A DNA stretch of 25,855 nt from a virus (lineage: Duplodnaviria > Caudoviricetes): positions 1 through 25,855 of the IMG/VR virus record IMGVR_UViG_3300044846_000606; one strand, written 5' to 3'. The notes under the pieces were generated by a model. The model did not search any database and was not told the origin of the DNA. It was given only the letters and a program-made list of their open reading frames with translations. Of this stretch, positions 8,055 to 14,550 are shown one piece after another (within the stretch, counting starts at the first letter, position 1; every line of letters begins with the position of its first letter). The translations under genes and the position numbers were made by a program.

Positions 8055-8501
8055 ATGGGTTCATCATATTCTATTCTTTATAGGTTAAAAGACTATAAAG
8101 AATGTCTACCCTTTGAACGTGAGCATCCTAAAGAACTACGTTGGGATGATAAGTATAAAATCTTTATGCTTACACAAAAGGAGAAATGTCAAGGAATATG
8201 GATGAAGGACGGTAAGAGTGGTTTAATAGCTGAGGCTATTGTAACATGGCAGAGTGATAATGTATTGCATATTGATAGCTTCACCGTTTTGCCTTCCCAT
8301 AGAGGACAGGGATTAGGATATAAGCTTGTACAAGCTGTAATAGATTGGGCTCAAGAAATGGACTACGCACATTTAACAGGAGAAGCTAGAATAGGAGCAT
8401 CGTGGCACATTTTTGCAAACATGAGTGCTGCCCCGGTGCTCTTATATAAAAACTGGAATGACACTGGAGAAGATTACATGAGTTTTAAAATAGAATTATA
8501 A
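8055..8501 (+). CDS. GNAT family acetyltransferase
   Basis: Motif A: LHIDSFTVLPSHRGQGLGYKLVQAVIDWA. Confidence 0.9.
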   Translation: MGSSYSILYRLKDYKECLPFEREHPKELRWDDKYKIFMLTQKEKCQGIWMKDGKSGLIAEAIVTWQSDNVLHIDSFTVLPSHRGQGLGYKLVQAVIDWAQEMDYAHLTGEARIGASWHIFANMSAAPVLLYKNWNDTGEDYMSFKIEL

Positions 8502-8872
8502 TGGCAATAGTAAACCAAGTAGATAAGCGAGTGAAGATGAGTGGCTGGCAAATAGTTAAATATCAAATTTTAACTCACTGCTACTTATACAACATTCAAG
8601 TGAGTGAGTCTGATTTAGACTGTCTCACCCTTCTTGCAATAGAAGGAGATCAAGAACTTACAAGTTTTTGTAATAAAGCTCATGATAAGCAAATATTCTC
8701 TAGTACCCAGTCGGTACGCAACTGCTTAACTAAATCAGAAAAGAAAGGCTTAATTAAAAAAGAAGGAAAGAATAAGAAAAAGATATTTATTAATCCAGAA
8801 CTAAAGGTACATTCTACTGGTAATATTTTGTTAGACTTTAAATTCTTAAGCATTGCATCCACGGAAAGCTAA
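8501..8872 (+). CDS. putative winged-helix DNA-binding protein
   Basis: SESDLDCLTLL...IFSSTQSVRNCLTKSEKKGLIKK...KKIFINP pattern; TAATG coupling with the upstream gene. Confidence 0.6.
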   Translation: MAIVNQVDKRVKMSGWQIVKYQILTHCYLYNIQVSESDLDCLTLLAIEGDQELTSFCNKAHDKQIFSSTQSVRNCLTKSEKKGLIKKEGKNKKKIFINPELKVHSTGNILLDFKFLSIASTES

Positions 8873-9251
8873 AGAGCTATATTCAGAAGTGGCAAAAGAA
8901 GCCAATCTATCTGAAGAAACTATAAACAATATAGTAGGTTTTTATTGGAGAGAGGTGAGAAAGAATCTATCTTCATTAAAGCATTCTAGAGTGCATATTA
9001 CAAATCTTGGTGATTTTGTAACAAAGCATTGGAAGATAGATAGTAAGATTGAGATGCTTGAAAAGTTTGAAGAGAACAACAGGCAAAAAGGTTTACAGCA
9101 AATGACTGCTAGATTTAAAACAGCAGAAACATTGTTTGACCTGAAAATACTAAAGGATATTATTACAGAAGAAAAGCAAAGAGCTGACTTTATTAAAATG
9201 CATAAATCTCATGAGTCTAAAAGAAAACATAATAAAAATATGGAAGAGTAA
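8853..9251 (+). CDS. HU/IHF-like DNA-binding protein
   Basis: KELYSEVAKEANLSEETINNIV..YW.EVRKNL....RVHITNLGDF is an HU/IHF fold pattern; TTG start. Confidence 0.75.
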   Translation: MHPRKAKELYSEVAKEANLSEETINNIVGFYWREVRKNLSSLKHSRVHITNLGDFVTKHWKIDSKIEMLEKFEENNRQKGLQQMTARFKTAETLFDLKILKDIITEEKQRADFIKMHKSHESKRKHNKNMEE

Positions 9252-9540
9252 AGGTCAGATCATAGAGGGCATAACCAATTCCATATTTAAGAAAGAAGAT
9301 GTTGAAGAGATTGCTAAACATAGATTAAGTATATGTCACTTCTGTGATCTTTATACAGAATCAGATAGTGGCTGCATGGTTCCTGGCACTGATCCTTGTT
9401 GTAATAAAGAACTAGGAGGATGCGGATGCTGTCTTGCATTAAAGACAAGAAGTTTAAGTTCAGAATGTCCAAAGGGGCACTGGAAAGCAGAGTTGACACA
9501 AGAGGAAGAAGATAAACTAAACGAAAAATTAGGACTATGA
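9211..9540 (+). CDS. Cys-rich putative metal-binding protein (DUF6171-like)
   Basis: RLSICHFC...CC...GCGCCLALKTRSLSSECPKGHW. Confidence 0.7.
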   Translation: MSLKENIIKIWKSKGQIIEGITNSIFKKEDVEEIAKHRLSICHFCDLYTESDSGCMVPGTDPCCNKELGGCGCCLALKTRSLSSECPKGHWKAELTQEEEDKLNEKLGL

Positions 9541-10370
9541 TAGTTTTCACAGCACAAAACCACAAGTATAGAAGTATAGATGCTACAGATGTTACAAACT
9601 GGGTTTCTGTAACAAGCTTTATATCAAACTTTAAAAAGCCATTTGAGTCAGACGTTATTGCTGCTAAATCTTCTAAGTCTAAAAAGTCTAAGTGGTATGG
9701 CATGACACCTGAAGAAATAAAGGATGCATGGGCATCAGAAGCTAAACGTGCAACAGACCTTGGAACTTGGTATCATAATTGTAGAGAAAAAGATTTGTGC
9801 GAACTAACCACGATGGAACGTCATGGGGAAGTGGTGCCTGTATTTAAACCCATCGAAACAGATGGAATTAAACAAGCTCCAGTACAAAAGCTTACTAATG
9901 GTGTTTATCCAGAACACATGGTTTATTTAAAATCTGCTGGTTTATGCGGTCAGTCAGATCTTGTAGAAGTGATCAATGGAGAAGTGCATATCACAGACTA
10001 TAAGACTAACAAAGAAATTAAAACAGAAGGATACACTAGTTGGGACGGTAAGGTGGATAGAATGGCTAGTCCTTTAACTCACTTAGATGATTGTAATCTA
10101 AATCACTATACACTACAGCTAAGTTTATATTTATATATTATTCTTAAGCACAACCCTAGGTTAAAACCAGGTAATTTAATAATCCATCACATCCTATTTG
10201 AAACAGTGGGCGTAGATAAGTTTGGTAATCCAATCACTGCGTTAGATACAACCGGAAATCCCATAGTAAAAGATATAGTGCAGTATAACCTTCCTTATAT
10301 GAAGAGTGAGGTGATAAACTTATTGCATTGGTTAGAAGACAATAGAGAACAGTTAAAACCTAAGCATTAA
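9537..10370 (+). CDS. PD-(D/E)xK family nuclease
   Basis: SVT...LGTWYH...PEHMVY...GLCGQSDLV...ITDYKT...YTLQLSLY motifs. Confidence 0.9.
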   Translation: MIVFTAQNHKYRSIDATDVTNWVSVTSFISNFKKPFESDVIAAKSSKSKKSKWYGMTPEEIKDAWASEAKRATDLGTWYHNCREKDLCELTTMERHGEVVPVFKPIETDGIKQAPVQKLTNGVYPEHMVYLKSAGLCGQSDLVEVINGEVHITDYKTNKEIKTEGYTSWDGKVDRMASPLTHLDDCNLNHYTLQLSLYLYIILKHNPRLKPGNLIIHHILFETVGVDKFGNPITALDTTGNPIVKDIVQYNLPYMKSEVINLLHWLEDNREQLKPKH

Positions 10371-10885
10371 TGAGAAAAGAATTACTTGTTTCTGCTTCTA
10401 AAGAAAAGAAGCTTATTGTTACACTTACTAATAAGCTTATTGAGAAATACCCTGATGTATCAGCTGATAACACTCTTTTAGTGATGGTTAGTCCTGACTA
10501 TTCTGCAACAGTAGCTATGCACCTTGCTCATAATCTAAGCAAAGATGGAGATATGTGTGATATACTACCTATACACGTTCCCTATCCTGATGAAAATGAA
10601 CACATCTATGTAAGGAAAGCAGACCAAGATATAGACAATTGGTTTAAGTTTTCAGAAGATGATTATAAATATTATCTTTTAGTAGAAGGGGGAGTTATTC
10701 GTGGAGGTAACTATACATGGCTTACTAAGTTATTTAGAAATAAGGTGACTGGTAATATTATTACAGCTTCTCTATATGAAAATATAGGAAGTAGATTTCA
10801 AAGTGATGTTGTAGCAGAATACTACGATAACACTAAACAAGACCTCACCTTTTATTTTGAAAGGGAAAATAAACACTGGAACTAA
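10370..10885 (+). CDS. type I phosphoribosyltransferase-like protein with a divergent PRPP loop
   Basis: LLVEGGVIRGGNY aligns with hhhDDhhxSGxT; downstream TASLY..K/R...D and LTFYFE resemble Gpt-like PRTases. Confidence 0.6.
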   Translation: MRKELLVSASKEKKLIVTLTNKLIEKYPDVSADNTLLVMVSPDYSATVAMHLAHNLSKDGDMCDILPIHVPYPDENEHIYVRKADQDIDNWFKFSEDDYKYYLLVEGGVIRGGNYTWLTKLFRNKVTGNIITASLYENIGSRFQSDVVAEYYDNTKQDLTFYFERENKHWN

Positions 10886-11397
10886 TGGTAAGATTATTTG
10901 ATATACAGAATGGTAAGGTTGTTCCAAGTGAGCATTGTTACACTCTAAATTCTTTAAAAAAGATTATGGATGAGTATGGCGAAGAAGCAGTGAAGGTGTA
11001 TGCATATTTGTTTTATATGACCTGCCCTAGTCCAGATCTAAATCCGTTCTTTGATATGCCAGAACAAGATAAGGAAGAACTTATTTTAGTTGAGGTGGAT
11101 GGTGACTTTTCAGGAGAAGATGAAACAATAGTTGTTGCACTTAAGGTTTGTCAGAAAATGTATGAGACTCCTACGTATAGAGCATACAATGGAATCAAGA
11201 TTGCCTTAGATAATATGGCAACGTTTATGGCTACAGAAAAACCTACATCAGGACGTGATGGATCTGCTACAGCGTTACTACGCATAGCAGAAAGGTTTGA
11301 TGCAGTGAGACAAAGTTTTAAAGGAGTGTATAGAGATTTACAAGAAGAGCAGCAATCTTCTGTAAGAGGTGGCCAGAGATTGGCATATGATCAATAG
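10885..11397 (+). CDS. hypothetical protein, candidate terminase small subunit
   Basis: 170 aa, helical, basic VRGG tail, upstream of TerL; the function is inferred from position only. Confidence 0.5.
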   Translation: MVRLFDIQNGKVVPSEHCYTLNSLKKIMDEYGEEAVKVYAYLFYMTCPSPDLNPFFDMPEQDKEELILVEVDGDFSGEDETIVVALKVCQKMYETPTYRAYNGIKIALDNMATFMATEKPTSGRDGSATALLRIAERFDAVRQSFKGVYRDLQEEQQSSVRGGQRLAYDQ

Positions 11398-11468
11398 GGT
11401 GAGTTGGTAGAGTGGTTATATAGCGGTTTGCAAAACCGTTCACACAAGTTCGAATCTTGTACTCACCT
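11398..11468 (+). tRNA. tRNA-Cys(GCA)
   Basis: Acceptor GGTGAGT/ACTCACC, anticodon arm GCGGT-TTGCAAA-ACCGT, T arm ACAAG-TTCGAAT-CTTGT, U73; CCA not encoded. Confidence 0.92.
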
Positions 11469-11474
11469 CTATAT

Positions 11475-11644
11475 TGTAGAGTGGCGAAATTGGGTTGTCT
11501 CAGTTATGACCTTGGCATACGCACCCACCTGTCTCGTGGGCGGTGATAAAGAAATAGATTGATGATATGGGGTAGACCACCAGCTTGCAAGCGTACTGTC
11601 ATCAATTGAATCTCACCTTGGTGGTTCGAATCCATCCTCTACAG
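11475..11644 (+). tRNA. expanded tRNA-Asp(GTC)-like RNA (170 nt)
   Basis: Acceptor TGTAGAG/CTCTACA plus G73; D stem GCG/CGC; anticodon arm CCCAC-CTGTCTC-GTGGG; T arm GGTGG-TTCGAAT-CCATC; 22-nt D-loop insertion and 79-nt variable region. Confidence 0.75.
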
Positions 11645-11649
11645 CAATA

Positions 11650-11760
11650 TTAGGTTGACTGGAATGGCGTACTCTTAACTGTAGAAAGGGCAGTACGTGA
11701 TCGGTTAGAAATGCCAGTCGTAAAAGCAGATGTCCACGCACCCATCTTCTGCTTTCCTAA
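11650..11760 (+). ncRNA. unidentified structured RNA with a potential pseudoknot
   Basis: Stems TTAGG/CCTAA, TGACTGG/CCAGTCG, GCGTACT/AGTACGT, AAAGCAGA/TCTGCTTT; loop TAACTG can pair with CGGTTA. Confidence 0.6.
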
Positions 11761-11779
11761 ACTTATTAAATATAAAACT

Positions 11780-12055
11780 ATGGTACAAGACGTTTACACA
11801 GATTATGAAATTAAAGAGTTTGCAGCAGTTGACCCTCTATCAGATATTGATGGTTATATGCATGATTGGGTTTTCCATTTTAATCCTTACACTAAACTAT
11901 GGAATGCTATTCCTAGAGATTTGTATACTAAATATTGGGACAATTGTGAACTGGATGGCGTATTACGTAGTAAAGATTTTAACACTCTTTTACATTTACT
12001 ACATAAATGTAAAGGGGATGTGATTGACATACATAAATTAACCTCAACTAAGTAA
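11780..12055 (+). CDS. hypothetical protein
   Basis: Track ORF 11711..12055; ATG 11780 has an A-rich leader and lies after the RNA structure; contains WVFHFNPYTKLWNAIPRD. Confidence 0.75.
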   Translation: MVQDVYTDYEIKEFAAVDPLSDIDGYMHDWVFHFNPYTKLWNAIPRDLYTKYWDNCELDGVLRSKDFNTLLHLLHKCKGDVIDIHKLTSTK

Positions 12056-14260
12056 TTGGAACCTAACATATTTATAGAAGTACCCACTTATAATATTGAT
12101 CACTGGACAGTAACTACTTTTTATAGTAGAGAAGAGTTTAGAGATTTTTTATTATCTGTTTTTAAAGAACCGGGTGAGTATAACTTTGACGAGACTAGTC
12201 AAATCTTTAATATTGAAGCTCGTAAGTTTCATAAGCAAGGATACTATTGTCCAGCTCCAGTAAAGAGTAAAGACTTTATAACTTATTGGGATGACCAAAA
12301 AGCTAAGTGTCGTAAAGGTATAATTGTCAAGAGTGTAAATGGTACTTGGTATATTAGTAGAGACTACTACATGTGGTTAAACTTTTTACCTATATATGAT
12401 AAAGAAGAAAAAAGATTTGACTTTGCTAAGGTGAGAGATGCACAGTATCATATGGCACTATATGAGCATTTAGCTGAATTACATTATAAGCATGCTATTA
12501 TACTAAAGAAACGTCAGATAGCATCTTCTTATTTCCATATGGCTAAACTAATTAACCAATGGGTATTTGAAGAAGGAGCTATTCTTAAAATAGGAGCTAG
12601 TCTTAAAGACTATATCAATGAAAAAGGATCTTGGAAGTTTCTTAATGAATATCGTAACTTCTTAAATGAGCACACTGCATGGTATAGACCAGCTGAGCCT
12701 GATAAGGTGGGGGCGTGGAACCAGCAGATTAAAGTAAGAGTTAACAATCGTGATACGTATAGAGGATTAAAATCTACTATCAACTTATACTCATTTGAAA
12801 AAGATCCAACACATGGTGTCGGTGGTCCTGTAACTTATTTCTTTCATGAGGAAGGAGGCATTGCTCCTAAGATGAATGACACCTATGGATTTATGAAACC
12901 AGCACTTAAGTCTGGACATATCATCACAGGTCAGTTTATTGCAGCAGGATCAGTTGGTGATCTTGATCAATGTGAACCAATGAAAGAGTATATCTATCAT
13001 CCAGAAGAAAATGGATTTTATGGTGTACAAAGTAATCTTATAGATAAAGACGGTGCTCCAGGTGTAATAGGACTTTTTATTCCTGAACAATGGTCTATGC
13101 CACCTTATATAGATCAGTATGGTAACTCTTTAGTAAAAGAAGCCTTAGAAGCCCTAGATAAGGAGTTTGAGAAGATGAAGAAGGATCTTGATCCAGGAGC
13201 ATACCAGCTTACCATTTCTCAGCATCCTAGGACCCTTGAGGAGGCTTTTGCGACACGTAAGGTGAGTGTGTTCCCTCCACATCTAGTTGCCAAACAAATG
13301 CAGCGTATCCAAGATAAGGAGTATCCAGTGGAATATCTTGAACTCTCTCGTAACGATGAGGGTAAGATTATAGATAAACCATCTAGGAAGATTCCTATTA
13401 TGGAGTTTCCTTTGTCTAAAAAGACAGAAGATAAAGAGGGAGTGATATGCATATACGAAAGACCTTCTAAAGATCCTCAGTTTGGTACATACTATGCTTC
13501 TGTAGATCCAGTTAGTGAAGGAAAGACAACCACCTCAGATTCCCTATGTTCTATATACGTATATAAGAATCCAGTGGAAGTTATAAAAGATTCAGGCAAT
13601 GGATCAGTGGAAAGTAGTATTGAGCGTGACGGTATAGTGGCATCTTGGTGTGGACGTTTTGACGATCTTAATAAAACTCATGAGCGTCTAGAGATTCTTA
13701 TAGAGTGGTATAATGCATGGACTATAGTGGAAAATAACGTAGCTTTGTTTATCCAGTATATGATATCTAAACGTAAACAAAGATATTTAGTACCTAAAGA
13801 TATGATTTTGTTCTTAAAAGATATAGGAGCAAATCGTAATGTGTTCCAAGAATATGGTTGGAAAAACGTAGGTACGCTGTTCAAAGGAAACATTCTGTCC
13901 TATGGAATTGAATATACTCAAGAAGAATTAGATCATGAGACAAAAGAAAATGGAGATATAGTAAAAACAATATATGGTATAGAACGAATACCAGATATAA
14001 TGTTACTTAGAGAGATGCAAGCATATAGAGATGGATTAAACGTGGATAGATTAGTAGCATTTTGTTCTTTAATAGCCTTTGCAAAAGTGCAACAATCTAA
14101 CCGTGGTTTCTCTAAACGTATAGAAGTTACAAAAGAAAACTTGGATAACTCCCAAAAATTTAGTAAATTAAATTATAGTCCCTTTAGACATATTGGTAAT
14201 TCTAAGGGTAACGGGCCAAGTATGAGACCACCTCGTAACCCTTTTAAAAATATGAGATAA
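12056..14260 (+). CDS. terL: terminase large subunit
   Basis: Walker A-like LKKRQIASSY, Walker B YFFHEEGG, coupling motif GSVG, nuclease motifs YYASVDP, IVENN and NVDRL; TTG start abutting the upstream stop. Confidence 0.93.
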   Translation: MEPNIFIEVPTYNIDHWTVTTFYSREEFRDFLLSVFKEPGEYNFDETSQIFNIEARKFHKQGYYCPAPVKSKDFITYWDDQKAKCRKGIIVKSVNGTWYISRDYYMWLNFLPIYDKEEKRFDFAKVRDAQYHMALYEHLAELHYKHAIILKKRQIASSYFHMAKLINQWVFEEGAILKIGASLKDYINEKGSWKFLNEYRNFLNEHTAWYRPAEPDKVGAWNQQIKVRVNNRDTYRGLKSTINLYSFEKDPTHGVGGPVTYFFHEEGGIAPKMNDTYGFMKPALKSGHIITGQFIAAGSVGDLDQCEPMKEYIYHPEENGFYGVQSNLIDKDGAPGVIGLFIPEQWSMPPYIDQYGNSLVKEALEALDKEFEKMKKDLDPGAYQLTISQHPRTLEEAFATRKVSVFPPHLVAKQMQRIQDKEYPVEYLELSRNDEGKIIDKPSRKIPIMEFPLSKKTEDKEGVICIYERPSKDPQFGTYYASVDPVSEGKTTTSDSLCSIYVYKNPVEVIKDSGNGSVESSIERDGIVASWCGRFDDLNKTHERLEILIEWYNAWTIVENNVALFIQYMISKRKQRYLVPKDMILFLKDIGANRNVFQEYGWKNVGTLFKGNILSYGIEYTQEELDHETKENGDIVKTIYGIERIPDIMLLREMQAYRDGLNVDRLVAFCSLIAFAKVQQSNRGFSKRIEVTKENLDNSQKFSKLNYSPFRHIGNSKGNGPSMRPPRNPFKNMR

Positions 14261-14266
14261 AATAAT

Positions 14267-14545
14267 ATGGAAAATAAAGACTTACATGCCCAAAAGGTAA
14301 CTATTCTTTCTAGATTGATTAAAGAAAGCTCTCTCACATTTGAGGAAGCTTTACTTATTTTGAAGGAAGAAGAGCCAAAACAGTCACCTGCACAGTTTCT
14401 AACTAGTGGTACTGGTACTGCATACATCCCTCCTTTAGGAACTTGGAGTACAACAGGGATGCCAACTTTTTTATCTATGACTGGCAGTGGTACTAGTTCT
14501 ATTACAAATACAATTGCTGATAATTCAGCAGACTTAAATAACTAA
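14267..14545 (+). CDS. hypothetical protein with a Thr/Ser/Gly-rich tail
   Basis: 92-aa ORF exactly filling the TerL-portal gap. Confidence 0.75.
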   Translation: MENKDLHAQKVTILSRLIKESSLTFEEALLILKEEEPKQSPAQFLTSGTGTAYIPPLGTWSTTGMPTFLSMTGSGTSSITNTIADNSADLNN

Positions 14546-14550
14546 ATATC

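Noticed and set aside
11475-11644. tmRNA, tRNA-Sec or group I intron-containing tRNA as explanation for the giant tRNA
   Set aside because: It has a full D stem and anticodon arm, no G3-U70 and no UCA anticodon; the insertions are too short for a group I intron and are not in the anticodon loop.
11711-11779. Upstream start for the ORF ending at 12055
   Set aside because: ATG 11711 lies within the structured RNA; ATG 11780 has the typical leader.
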